Source of the DNA: Lichenicola sp.
Lineage (GTDB): Bacteria; Pseudomonadota; Alphaproteobacteria; Acetobacterales; Acetobacteraceae
DNA: 64,000 nucleotides
Assembly: GCF_965198575.1 (NCBI RefSeq)
Contig: NZ_OZ240671.1
Location: forward strand, 3,567,044 to 3,631,043
Direction of reading: 5' to 3'
The notes beneath the pieces are model-generated. The model was not told where the DNA came from and searched no databases. It saw nothing but the letters and a program-made list of their open reading frames with translations. Below, piece after piece: positions 1 through 10,400 of the stretch (within the stretch, counting starts at the first letter, position 1; the number at the start of each line of letters is the position of its first letter). The position numbers were made by a program, and so were the translations under genes.

Positions 1-20
1 GGGTCTCGCTTCTCGGCCAT
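1..20 (-). CDS. Possible 5' end of a divergent gene (MAEKRD...), truncated by the window edge
   Basis: ATG at 20 on the minus strand, preceded by a GGAG-like RBS; only 6 codons visible. Confidence 0.3.
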
Positions 21-245
21 GCTGTCGCTCCATGATCCTGGTTCGGTCGGGTGTGCCATCAGGCCACAGCAAAGCAAGCCGGCACGGCAAAACATCACAA
101 ATAACGACTGACCCGTAAAGTAGGTGCTGGACGGGACGTTTTCTTTCCACTACAAACACCGTCGTCAGGCCTCTCTGCCGGGATGCTCCCGCAACGGCCT
201 TCACGAAGGCCGCGATATCGGTGATGTCGCGGTCGCGGTGCCAGG

Positions 246-1244
246 GTGGATCTCGTGCAGCAAGGCAACCTCCGCTTCGCAACCCGTCTGAACTCGTTCG
301 CCTCCCGCCCCGACGCCTACTGGCCCAAGGGTCAGGGCAAACCGACCCCGCTGCAGATGGCGGAGCGCGCGTCGAAAGCAGAGGGACTGACCGATGTCGA
401 CCTTAACTATCCGGATCATCTGGGCCCGGATCCCAGCGCCACGGGTGCCGCGATCCGCGATCTCGGGCTTGAGGTGAACGGCCTGGCGATGCGGTATTAC
501 TCGAACCCTGCCTTCAAGATCGGTGCTTTCACCAACCCCGATCCGGTCGTGCGTCGCGAGGCGATCGACCTGACCAAGCGCGGGGTCGATGCCGCACGCG
601 AGGCCGGCAGCACCCTGTTGACCATCTGGCTCGGCCAGGACGGCTTCGACTACGCGTTCCAGGCGGATTATGCGCGCCTCTGGGCAGACGAGATCGACGG
701 CATCCGCGAGGTGGCGCTGCATGATCCCGGTTGCATGATCAGCATCGAATACAAGCCGAACGAGCCGCGCTCGTACGCGCTGCTCCCGGATTGCGCGACC
801 ACGCTGCTGGCGCTGAAGGAAATCGATCTTCCCAATACCGGCGTCACGCTCGACTTCGCGCACGTGCTCTACGCCGACGAACAACCGGCTTTTGCGGCAG
901 CCCTGATCAACCGGCACAGCCGGATCCTCGGGCTGCACCTCAATGACGGCTATTCCAAGCGCGATGACGGCCTGATGGTAGGCGCGGTGCATGCCCAGCA
1001 GACCATCGAGCTGCTCCGCCAGGTCAAATCGGATGGCTTCGACGGCCCGATCTATTTCGACACGTTCCCCGACCTGACCGGGCTGGATCCGGTGCGGGAA
1101 TGCGAAGCCAATATTGCCACGGTCCGCGCCATGCTGCGCATCGTGGAGAGGCTCGACGCCGATAACCGCCTCGGCGCCGCGATCGCCGAACAGGACCCGG
1201 TTTCGGCACAGATGGTGGTGCAGCAGGCAATGTTCGGCAACTGA
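246..1244 (+). CDS. Xylose-isomerase-fold (TIM barrel) sugar isomerase, D-apiose isomerase (ApsI)-like
   Basis: Motifs GAFTNPDP, IWLGQDGFDY, IEYKPNEPR, LDFAH, LHLND typical of the xylose isomerase/ApsI group; first gene of a sugar ABC operon. Confidence 0.8.
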   Translation: MDLVQQGNLRFATRLNSFASRPDAYWPKGQGKPTPLQMAERASKAEGLTDVDLNYPDHLGPDPSATGAAIRDLGLEVNGLAMRYYSNPAFKIGAFTNPDPVVRREAIDLTKRGVDAAREAGSTLLTIWLGQDGFDYAFQADYARLWADEIDGIREVALHDPGCMISIEYKPNEPRSYALLPDCATTLLALKEIDLPNTGVTLDFAHVLYADEQPAFAAALINRHSRILGLHLNDGYSKRDDGLMVGAVHAQQTIELLRQVKSDGFDGPIYFDTFPDLTGLDPVRECEANIATVRAMLRIVERLDADNRLGAAIAEQDPVSAQMVVQQAMFGN

Positions 1245-1317
1245 GGGCAGCCAGGAACAATCCGGCTGCGTCAGACCTTCATTATAAAAAACAAACGAAC
1301 CCAAGGTGGGAACGACC

Positions 1318-2370
1318 ATGAAGACCATTCTGCTTTCCGGCGTGATGCTGCTCGTGGCCCAGGTGGCCCTGGCGCAGGATCTCAAGCCGCTCAATCCGGA
1401 TACCGAGGCCGACCGCATCGACTGGACGCAGCTCAGCGCCAAGTTCGGGCCGTTCCCGAAGCTGCCGGCCGGCACCCGCGCCGGCGCCGTGTCCAAGACC
1501 CTGACCAACGAATACTGGCGCCTCCTCGGGCAGGGCTACCAGAAGTTCGGCAAGACGGTCGGCGTGCCGGTGTCGTACCAGGCGGCCCAGAACGAGGGTG
1601 ACCAGGTCGGGCAGCTTTCGATTGCGGAAACGATGATCACCCAGGGCGTGAGTGTCCTGATGGTCTCGCCGCAGACGAATGCAAACCTCGAGCCGGCTTT
1701 GGCCGAAGCGGCCAGCGCGAATATCCCGGTCATCAACGTCAATGATGCGGTGATCCCGGCCGCCGAGCATTATGTCGGCAACGTGCAGCGTGACAACGGC
1801 GTCCGCGTGGCGAAATGGTATATCGCCAACCGGCCGAACGGCGGCAAGCTGGCGGTCATCGAAGGCCAGGCCGGCGTGTATGCGGCAGCGCAACGCACCG
1901 ACGGATTCAAGGCGACGCTTGCCGCCGCAGGGGGCAAGTTCCAGGTCGTGGCCAGCATCCCCGGCAACTGGGATCGCCAGATCTCCTACGACGCGGCGAC
2001 CACGATCCTGCAGCAGCATCCGGACCTGATCGGGTTCTACTGCAACAACGACACTATGGCGCTCGGTGTCGTAGAGGCGGTGAAGAACGCCAACCTGCTC
2101 GGCAAGGTCGCGGTGTTCGGCACCGACGGCATCACCGATGCGTACAAGTCGATCCGCGCCGGCGAGTTGACCGGCACCGTCGACAGCTTCCCCGTGCTGA
2201 CCGGCGAGGTGGCGCTCGAGGCCAGCCTGCGCATCCTGGCCAAGGAGAAGCTGCCGCGCGTGGTCGCCACCCCGCAGGCGCTGATCACCAAGGACACCGC
2301 CGACCGCTACCAGGGCACCGACGACCAGATCCGCGCCGCCCTCGAACAGGATGTCCAGAGAGGCAGCTGA
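1318..2370 (+). CDS. Sugar ABC transporter periplasmic binding protein (CUT2)
   Basis: Signal peptide ending ALA-Q; Peripla_BP motifs (NEYW, GNWDR, CNNDTMALG, GTDG); ATG 1318 preferred over GTG 1306. Confidence 0.9.
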   Translation: MKTILLSGVMLLVAQVALAQDLKPLNPDTEADRIDWTQLSAKFGPFPKLPAGTRAGAVSKTLTNEYWRLLGQGYQKFGKTVGVPVSYQAAQNEGDQVGQLSIAETMITQGVSVLMVSPQTNANLEPALAEAASANIPVINVNDAVIPAAEHYVGNVQRDNGVRVAKWYIANRPNGGKLAVIEGQAGVYAAAQRTDGFKATLAAAGGKFQVVASIPGNWDRQISYDAATTILQQHPDLIGFYCNNDTMALGVVEAVKNANLLGKVAVFGTDGITDAYKSIRAGELTGTVDSFPVLTGEVALEASLRILAKEKLPRVVATPQALITKDTADRYQGTDDQIRAALEQDVQRGS

Positions 2371-2413
2371 CCCACGGGCACCGATCCGAGGCGCCCATCC
2401 GGAGGCCGGTTCC

Positions 2414-3952
2414 ATGCAAGATGCCAAGCTGCGACTGCAGGTTCAGGATGTGACCAAGACGTTTCCCGGGGTCAGGGCGCTCAGTGCGATGTCGCTGCGC
2501 GTCAGGCCGGGGGAGGTGCACGCCCTGCTCGGCGAGAACGGCGCCGGCAAGTCGACCCTGCTGAAGACGATCTCCGGCGTGCAGAAGCCGGACTCCGGCA
2601 CGGTGTCGCTCGACGGCCGCGTGTTGACCCTGGACGGACCGCTTGATGCGCGACGTGCCGGGATCGCGATGATCCACCAGGAGCTGCAGCAGGTGCCGGA
2701 GCTCACGGTGGCGCAGAACATGTTCCTCGGCCGGCCGTTGCGCCGCGGCCTGTTCACCGACCGGGCGCAGCAGGAGGCGAAGGCGGCGGCGGTCCTGCAG
2801 TCTCTGGACCCGGCAATCCGTCCCGACGCGCCGATCCGCACGCTCAAGGTCGCCCAGCGGCAGATCGTCGAGATCGGGCGGGCGCTTTTGGAGAACGCCC
2901 AGGTCATCGCCATGGACGAGCCGACCTCGAGCCTGACGCCGAGCGAGTTCCTGCGGCTCGCCGAGGTGATCGCCGACCTGTCCGCAAGCGGGGTCTCGAT
3001 CATCTACGTGTCGCACAAGATGGACGAGGTGTTCCGCGTCTGCAGCCGCGCCACGGTGATGCGTGACGGCCAGCTGGTGGGTGAGCTCGACCTCGCTGAA
3101 ACAACGGAGTCGGCCGTCGTCAACATGATGGTCGGCCGCACGTTGGCGGCGGCAACGCACAGCTCGTTCGCGACCACGGAGACCGTGCTGTCGGTGCGAA
3201 ACCTCGGATCCGGAACCAAGGTCCTCAATGCCAGCTTCGACCTGCATCGCGGCGAGGTTCTGGGCATCGCCGGCCTGATCGGGGCCGGTCGCACCGAGCT
3301 GCTTCGGCTGGTCGCCGGCGCCGACAGATCGAGCTCCGGCACGGTCACGCTCAATGGCCGCCGGCTGTCCCTGCGCAGCACCCGATCGGTGATCGCTGCC
3401 GGCATCGGCCTGGTGCCGGAGGAGCGCAAGCGGGACGGGATCGTGCCGCAGCGGTCCGTGGTCAACAACATCGCCCTGTCGTCGATGTCGCGTTTCGCAC
3501 CGCGCGGCCTGATCCGCCGCCGCGCGCTGCGAAAGCGGGCGACCGAGATCCTGACCGGCATCAACCTGCGGCCGATGCAGATCGACCGCCCGATCCGGCT
3601 GTTCAGCGGCGGCAACCAGCAGAAGGCGATCATCGCCCGCTGGATCGCGGCCGACACCCAGGTGCTGCTGTTCGACGAGCCGACGCGGGGGATCGATATC
3701 GGCGCCAAGGCGGAAATCTACGCCCTGATCGAGCGCCTGGCCGCCGAGGGGCGCTCGATGATCGTGGTGTCCTCCGAGCTGCCCGAGATCCTGCGGGTCG
3801 CCGACCGGGTGCTGGTGATGCGCCAGGGCCGGATCGCCGCCGAGCTCGGGCGCGAGGAGCTGAGCGAGCAGGCCATCGTCGCCCACGCGATCCCGCAATC
3901 CGCCGCCGATCCGGGCCTGCACGGCCATACGACAGCAACGCCGCACACCTGA
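2414..3952 (+). CDS. Sugar ABC transporter ATP-binding protein (RbsA/MglA type, two ABC domains)
   Basis: GENGAGKST, MDEPTSSL, SGGNQQK, DEPTRGID. Confidence 0.95.
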   Translation: MQDAKLRLQVQDVTKTFPGVRALSAMSLRVRPGEVHALLGENGAGKSTLLKTISGVQKPDSGTVSLDGRVLTLDGPLDARRAGIAMIHQELQQVPELTVAQNMFLGRPLRRGLFTDRAQQEAKAAAVLQSLDPAIRPDAPIRTLKVAQRQIVEIGRALLENAQVIAMDEPTSSLTPSEFLRLAEVIADLSASGVSIIYVSHKMDEVFRVCSRATVMRDGQLVGELDLAETTESAVVNMMVGRTLAAATHSSFATTETVLSVRNLGSGTKVLNASFDLHRGEVLGIAGLIGAGRTELLRLVAGADRSSSGTVTLNGRRLSLRSTRSVIAAGIGLVPEERKRDGIVPQRSVVNNIALSSMSRFAPRGLIRRRALRKRATEILTGINLRPMQIDRPIRLFSGGNQQKAIIARWIAADTQVLLFDEPTRGIDIGAKAEIYALIERLAAEGRSMIVVSSELPEILRVADRVLVMRQGRIAAELGREELSEQAIVAHAIPQSAADPGLHGHTTATPHT

Positions 3953-3985
3953 CCTCTCCGCCCTCCGGCAAACATCGAGGTTTCC

Positions 3986-4963
3986 ATGTCCACCACCATG
4001 CAGACGGTCCCGGACCAGTCCCGATCGCTCCGCGTTCCACGCATCAACATCCGCGATTTCGGCACCCTCATCGGTTTGGTGCTGATGATGGCGATCTTTG
4101 CCGCCATCGCCCCCGGCTTCCTGAGCGAGCGCAATCTCGTGAACATCCTGCAGCAATCGAGCATCAACGCCTTCGTGGCGCTCGGCATGACCCTGGTCAT
4201 CATCTCCGGCGGCATCGACTTGTCCGTCGGCCCGACCGCGGCACTCGCGGCCGTGCTGGCCGCGAGCCTGATGACCGTCGGCGTGCCGGTCCCGCTGGCG
4301 ATCCTGGCCGGCCTGGTGCTGGGCGCGCTGTGTGGCGCGGTGAACGGCATGCTGATCTCGTTCGGTGGCCTGCAGCCCTTCATCGTGACGCTGGGCACGC
4401 TCAGCACGTACCGGGCGCTCGCCTTGATCGTCACCGGCGGCAACCCGATCCTCGGCATCCCGCACACGCTGCGCGCGATCGCCAACGGCCGCCTGCTCGG
4501 GATCCCGACGTCGGTGCTGCTGGTGGGGCTGGTCGCCATCCTGGCCGGGATCATGCTGCGCCGGACGCCGTTCGGCGAATATCTGCTGGCCGTCGGCGGC
4601 AACGAGGAAGCCTCGCACATCGCCGGCGTCCCGATCGCGCTCACCAAGATCGGCGCCTACGCGCTGTCCGGCACCATGGCGGCCCTCGCGGCGATGATCC
4701 TGATCGGCCGCCTGGGTGCCGCGGAGCCGATCCTCGGCAGCTCGTGGGAGCTCGACGCGATCGCCGCCGCGGCGATCGGCGGGGCGTCGCTGATGGGCGG
4801 CAAGGGCAGCATCATCGGCACGCTGCTCGGCGCCATCATCCTGGGGGCGATGCGCAACGGCCTTACTTTGCTCAACGTGCAGGCCTTCTACCAGCTCCTG
4901 GCGACCGGCCTGATCATCCTGTTCGCAATGTTGCTCGATCGCTTCACGCGAGGCCGGTCATGA
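3986..4963 (+). CDS. Sugar ABC transporter permease (RbsC type)
   Basis: GGIDLSVG, GGNEEAS, ELDAIAAAAIGGASL; multiple TM helices. Confidence 0.95.
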   Translation: MSTTMQTVPDQSRSLRVPRINIRDFGTLIGLVLMMAIFAAIAPGFLSERNLVNILQQSSINAFVALGMTLVIISGGIDLSVGPTAALAAVLAASLMTVGVPVPLAILAGLVLGALCGAVNGMLISFGGLQPFIVTLGTLSTYRALALIVTGGNPILGIPHTLRAIANGRLLGIPTSVLLVGLVAILAGIMLRRTPFGEYLLAVGGNEEASHIAGVPIALTKIGAYALSGTMAALAAMILIGRLGAAEPILGSSWELDAIAAAAIGGASLMGGKGSIIGTLLGAIILGAMRNGLTLLNVQAFYQLLATGLIILFAMLLDRFTRGRS

Positions 4964-5844
4964 GCGGCGTGGCCCGGATCGTCGTCGTCGGCAGCCTGCA
5001 TTACGACATCATCGTGGATGCGGCCGCCCGGCCACGCAAAGGCGAGACCGTCACCGGACGCAGCCTGAACCGGAAATGCGGCGGCAAGGGCGGCAACCAG
5101 GCGGTCGCTGCGAGCCGGGCTGGCGTTGCCACGGCGTTTGTCGGCGCGGTGGGTGACGACCCGTTCGGCGACGCGCTGGTCTCCGGATTGGCAAAGGCCG
5201 GCGTCGATCATTCCGATGTCGTGGCGCACCCGGACGTGAGCTCGGGCACCAGCATCGCGATCTTCGACGACGAGGGCGATTACGGTGCGGTGATCGTGTC
5301 CGGCAGCAATCTGCTGATCACGCCCGGACAATTGCGGCCGGACCTGTTCGGCACGGACAGGATCCTCGTCCTGCAGAACGAGATCCCCGAAGCCATCAAC
5401 GCGCAGGCGGCGCGGTCCGCTCGCGCGCACGGCATGACCGTGATCCTCAACGCAGCGCCCGCTCGGCCATTCACCACGGACCTGGCGGATTTCGTCGATG
5501 TCCTGGTCGTCAACGCAATCGAGGCGGAAATGCTGGGAGGCGGGACGGTCGACGGTCTTGCCCAGGCCTCTCACGCAGCCCGCATTCTTTGCGAGCGGTT
5601 TCCTGCGGTGGTCGTCACGGCGGGTGGTGACGGGGTCGCCTATGTTGACCGCAAAGGCGGGCACCATGAAATTGCGGCGATTCCGATCACGGTGCGCAGC
5701 ACACACGGTGCCGGTGATAGTTTCGTGGGAACCCTGGCAGCCGCGATTTCACGAGGCGAACTCATGAAGCCGGCACTCGAGCACGCGAATATCGTCGCGG
5801 CACAGCTCGTGGCGACTCCCGAGGCGGAGCGCGCCAACTGGTGA
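4960..5844 (+). CDS. PfkB/ribokinase-family sugar kinase
   Basis: GGKGGNQAVAA and STHGAGDSFVG PfkB signatures; ATGA overlap with the permease stop; true start 4960 lies within track ORF 4330..5844. Confidence 0.9.
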   Translation: MSGVARIVVVGSLHYDIIVDAAARPRKGETVTGRSLNRKCGGKGGNQAVAASRAGVATAFVGAVGDDPFGDALVSGLAKAGVDHSDVVAHPDVSSGTSIAIFDDEGDYGAVIVSGSNLLITPGQLRPDLFGTDRILVLQNEIPEAINAQAARSARAHGMTVILNAAPARPFTTDLADFVDVLVVNAIEAEMLGGGTVDGLAQASHAARILCERFPAVVVTAGGDGVAYVDRKGGHHEIAAIPITVRSTHGAGDSFVGTLAAAISRGELMKPALEHANIVAAQLVATPEAERANW

Positions 5845-6072
5845 GGCTTTGCGCTGGATCGGCAGTCGAAAGGCCGAGGTGGTCTGGCTTCCGCCCACCA
5901 TACGCCCGGACAAACGCTGCGCCGGCAGGCGACGCACTTTCCAGTGCCATCGACTGGTTGGCCACCTCACGTCACGTTCCGATATACCCAGCGGATGCCG
6001 GGTGGGTCGGACCTGAACACGGTGTCGGTGAAGAGCACCAGTCTGATATTTCCCCCGCATAGCCTGTCTTGT

Positions 6073-7104
6073 TCAGCTCGATGCGGGTTCGACCGGAAGT
6101 GCCGTTTCGGCCGAGCGGTAGCAGGCTTCGACCAGCGCGAATGTGCGCAGATTGTCATGGCCCGACGTCGCCGGGATGGCGCCGGTCTCGAGGCAATCGA
6201 GCCAGTGCGCCTGGGTCGAGACGACGCTGTCCTGCGTCAGCAGCCAGGGCTCGGTGCCCCAGGACGACGGCGCCGGCGGGATCGTCTCCGTCCGGGTGCC
6301 GGCAGGCGACGTCACCGTCAGGCGGTAGCGGTCCTCGAGGCGGAGCGATCCCTCGGTCCCCTCCAGGTGAATCAGGGTCTGCGGGAACGGATCCGGCGAC
6401 TGCCTGCTCGAATAGGTGATGTCGACGATGCTGGTGGCGCCGTTCCTGTGCCCCAGCATGACCGTCGCCATGTCCTCGCCCTTGATGCCGGGCCGGATGC
6501 TCTGTGTCCGGCAGAACACCTGGTCGACCTCGCCGAGAAACGCGCGGGCGACATCCAGGACATGGATCCCGAGATCGAGCAGGATGAAGCGGTTCAGCTC
6601 GGCGAGGTAGGGCTGTCCGGCGATGACGTCGAAGCCGGTGCGCCAGGAGAACCGTCCCCAGGTCGGTCGGCCGATCTCGCCGCTCCGGAACCTGTCGATC
6701 GCGGCGCTGATCGGGCGCTGGAAGCGGAAGTTCTCGTGCACCATCAAGGGCAATCCCGCCTGGTCCATCTCCGCCACCAGCGCCACGGCATCGTTCCAGT
6801 CCGGTGCCAGCGGCTTCTGCACGATCGCGGCAATGCCGTGCCTGGCGCACAGCCGGACGATGGGCAGGTGGGACGGTGCGGTCGTGACCACGTCCAGGAA
6901 GTCCGGCTTCTGGGCGACCAGCATCTCCTCGATGTCGGTATAGGCCCCGGGGACGCCGAACCTGTCGCTGGCCGACTTCGCCTTGGCCGGGTCGAGGTCG
7001 CAGACGGCGACCAGGTCGCAGCGGTCCCGCAGGTCACGCCAGGCATTGAGATGATTGTCGGCAAAGAAGCCGCAACCGACGAGAGCGGCGCGTTTCCGAG
7101 GCAT
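6073..7104 (-). CDS. Gfo/Idh/MocA oxidoreductase, D-apiose dehydrogenase (ApsD)-like
   Basis: ALVGCGFFA, QKP, LMVHENFRFQ, GQPYLAE, DLGIHVLDVAR, GEDMAT, DPFPQTL, SGHDNLRTFALVEA match my recollection of ApsD. Confidence 0.75.
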   Translation of the reverse strand: MPRKRAALVGCGFFADNHLNAWRDLRDRCDLVAVCDLDPAKAKSASDRFGVPGAYTDIEEMLVAQKPDFLDVVTTAPSHLPIVRLCARHGIAAIVQKPLAPDWNDAVALVAEMDQAGLPLMVHENFRFQRPISAAIDRFRSGEIGRPTWGRFSWRTGFDVIAGQPYLAELNRFILLDLGIHVLDVARAFLGEVDQVFCRTQSIRPGIKGEDMATVMLGHRNGATSIVDITYSSRQSPDPFPQTLIHLEGTEGSLRLEDRYRLTVTSPAGTRTETIPPAPSSWGTEPWLLTQDSVVSTQAHWLDCLETGAIPATSGHDNLRTFALVEACYRSAETALPVEPASS

Positions 7105-7482
7105 CGGGTGTTCTCCGTGAAGCCACCATCCGCCATCGAAGCCGCGAGCGGTCGGCTATCGTCAAGCGCGAAGCAGGTCGGCCGTCTACTGCCATTCGAT
7201 CTGCCGGGCAGCAGCCGCTCGCGGGTCCGCCGGCATCCAAGCGATGCGCGTTCAACACTGTGCCCGACGAGTGGCCTCTACCGCATCGGGCGGCAGCAGC
7301 CACGCACGGGCGACGGCGACCACCAGCATCCATGCGAGCACCGACCATCGCCTGGCGGCATCATGGTCGCACTCAGGGTTGCATGTCCGCGCGGCCGAAC
7401 ATCGGGCCTCGGGGTCTCCAGAGGATCGATCTGGCCTGCCGTTGCCCGAGCGGCACTCCAGATCGTCCCGCTCGTCGAACGG

Positions 7483-10400
7483 CTACGCCGACGCCACGAG
7501 CCGCCTCGGCGCCGCAGGCGCGGTGTCCACGACCGGATACTCCAGGGTCGCGACCACCGTGATCTCCACCAGAATTGCCTCGGGTGGAAGCATCAGATCC
7601 GCCTCGCCATCGGTCCAGCGCCATGCGTGCGTCTCGTCGGCCTCGAGTGCCCACCATCCCTGCTCGAGCGTCTCGAGCCCTATCGCGACCGGATCAAGTC
7701 CGCCGGACGAGGTCCACACACAGATATGCCCGACCGCCACCCCGAGTGAACGGCGGTCGTCGAGCCATGGCATGGTGTCGGCCGGAGCAGCGTGCCGGGA
7801 CCGAAGCGTGAGCCGTGTCTGGCATCCGGGCCGGAGCAGAAACATGTGCCGCCCACCCGGCGACCGCTGCTCCGGCTCGAGCGACGTCCCGTCCGTCATC
7901 ACCAGCTGGAGTGCCGCATCCCTGCTCGTGGCAGGCTTCTGCACCTCATGGCCGAGAACAACGGCGCGCGCGGCCAGTGCCTCCCAGATCGGCTGGACTC
8001 GCGCAGCCGCGGTGACCAGGGGGGCGACGGCGCGGCTGTCGTCGCTGCGGGAGAAGTCCGCATGCAGCGCGAGCGGCGCGCCCCCGTTGCTGAACATGCA
8101 GCGGTTCCCGGTATCGAGATAGCTCTCCGCCTCGGCGCCCTCGGCAATCAGGATGCCGTGCCGCTCGAGTTCGACGTGAAAGTAATGCACGGCCGGCACC
8201 GACTCGATGGTGATGCTGCTGCCATTGACCAGCTGGCGAGCGGCGATCAGCACCCCATCCAGGAGCAGCGCGTGATCGGGCGAGAGGCGCAGCGGACGAG
8301 ACGGAATGCCGACATCGAGCGAGCCCGGGGCAAAGCGGACCGGATTGACCCGCGCCGGGTTCGGGTGCCGTGCCGGCTCCAGGCGTCGCTCGCCGACCCA
8401 GCTGACTGCCCGCAGCAGGTCCCGGCCGTCCTCGCGCACCACGAGCATGTCGCCGGCCTTGACCTCCTCGACGGCGACCTCTCCGGCCGGTCCGAGCAGC
8501 CTGGTGCCGGCGGCAAAACAGGGCGCCTCGACAAGGATGGTGCCGTCCGCCGCCTGATCCAGCCTCGGCATCACCGTCGACGCACCGGCGATGTCGAGGG
8601 AGACGGTTCCGGTCGGCGTCGTGACGGTCACGGTATCGCCGGATACGAGGATGCTGTCGGCACCCGGACTGTATGCGTAGGCGCCGAGATCGATGAAGTC
8701 GCCCGACCCGAAGCCGGAGATCACGTTGGTCGGCGCGGCCGCAGTGTCGATCCGCAGCGTGCCGGGATCTGCGAAACTGATGGCGCCGCTGCCGGCAGCG
8801 GACACGGTGCCGAGTTCCAGGGTGCCGCCGCTGATGATGCTGCCGCCGGTGTAGCCGTTGGAGGTGGCGAGCACGACGGTGCCTGGCCCGGACACGATCA
8901 CGTCCCCGCCGCCGCTGATGGTGCCGCTCTCGGTCAGCGTGCCGCCGCCTGCGAAGATGGCGTTGCCATAGCCGTTGCCGTCCGCATCGACGTACAGCGT
9001 GCCGCCGCTCTCGATCATCGCGTTGATCTCGGAGCCACCACCGCGCACGAGCTCGGTGGCACCGTTGGTGATGGTGGTGGCAGATCCCGTGCCGCCCGCA
9101 TCGATGGTGAGGCTGCCACCTGCGGAGAGGATTTCCGACAGCGCCGTGCCGCCGCCCTGGATCTCCTGGTACGCGAGGATGGTGTCCTGCGTGAACGTCC
9201 CGCCGGCCTCGGCGTATGTGGTGTTCTCGAGCGTCACGCCGCTGACGACACCGCCCGTATCGGCGATGAGCCGTCCGCCGCCGCTATAGATGCCGCCGGT
9301 GAGCGTGCCGGAGACCTGCAGATTGCCGTCCGCAGTGCCGCTGTTGGTGACGGTGCCGAGCAGCAGGCCATCCGCGTAGCCGGACAGGACCCCGCCGGCC
9401 GCGATGGTGCCGCCGCTCATCACGCCGATGCCGTGGCCGTCCGCGTCGAGATAGAGCGTGCCGCTGACGACGGCGTCGGTCTCGCTGCCGCCGCCATGGA
9501 CCAGCTCGTAGCCGGCGCTGATGACGGTGCCGGAGCCGGTGGCGCCGTCATCGATGAACAGGCTGCCACCCGACACCGTTTCCGACAGCGCCGTGCCGCC
9601 GGTCTGGACCTCTTCGCTGGCGACGATGGTATCGTGGGTCGCCGTCCCGCCGGCGGCCACCAGGGTCGTGTTCTCGAGCGTCACGCCGCTGATGACGCCC
9701 CCGGCATCTGCCTGCAGACGCCCGCCACCGCTATAGACACCGCCGCTCAGGATGCCCGAGACCTGCAGACTGCCTTCCGCGGTGCCGTCATTCGTGACGG
9801 TGCCGAGCAGCAGGCCGTCAGCCAGGCCGGAGAGAATGCCGCCGGCCGCGATGGTGCCGCCGCTCATCACGCCGATGCCGCCGCCGTCCTGGTCGAGATA
9901 GAGCGTGCCGCTGACGAGGGCGTTGATCTCGATGCCGCCGCCACGGACATACTCAAAGCCGGTGCCGATGACGGTGCCGGATCCGGTGGCACCGGCATCG
10001 ATGTAGAGGCTGCCGCCGGACACGGTTTCCGACAGTGCCGTGCCGCCGTTCTGGGCCTCTTCGCCGGCGACGATGGTGTCATGGGTTGCCGTCCCGCCGG
10101 CAGCCACCACTGTCGTGTTCTCGAGCGTCACGCCGCTGATGACGCCCCCGGCATCTGCCAGCAGGCGCCCGCCACCGCTATAGACACCGCCGCTCAGGAT
10201 GCCCGAGACGTCGAGGGTCCCTTCGGCGGTACCGCTATTCGTGACGGTGCCGAGCAGCAGGCCATCGGCCAGGCCGGAAAGAATGCCGCCGGCCACGATG
10301 GTGCCGCCACTCATCATGGCGACACCGTTGCCGTCTGCATCGAGGAAGAGCGTGCCGCCGCTGCTGACGATGGCGTCGGTCTCGCTGCCGCCGCCATGGA

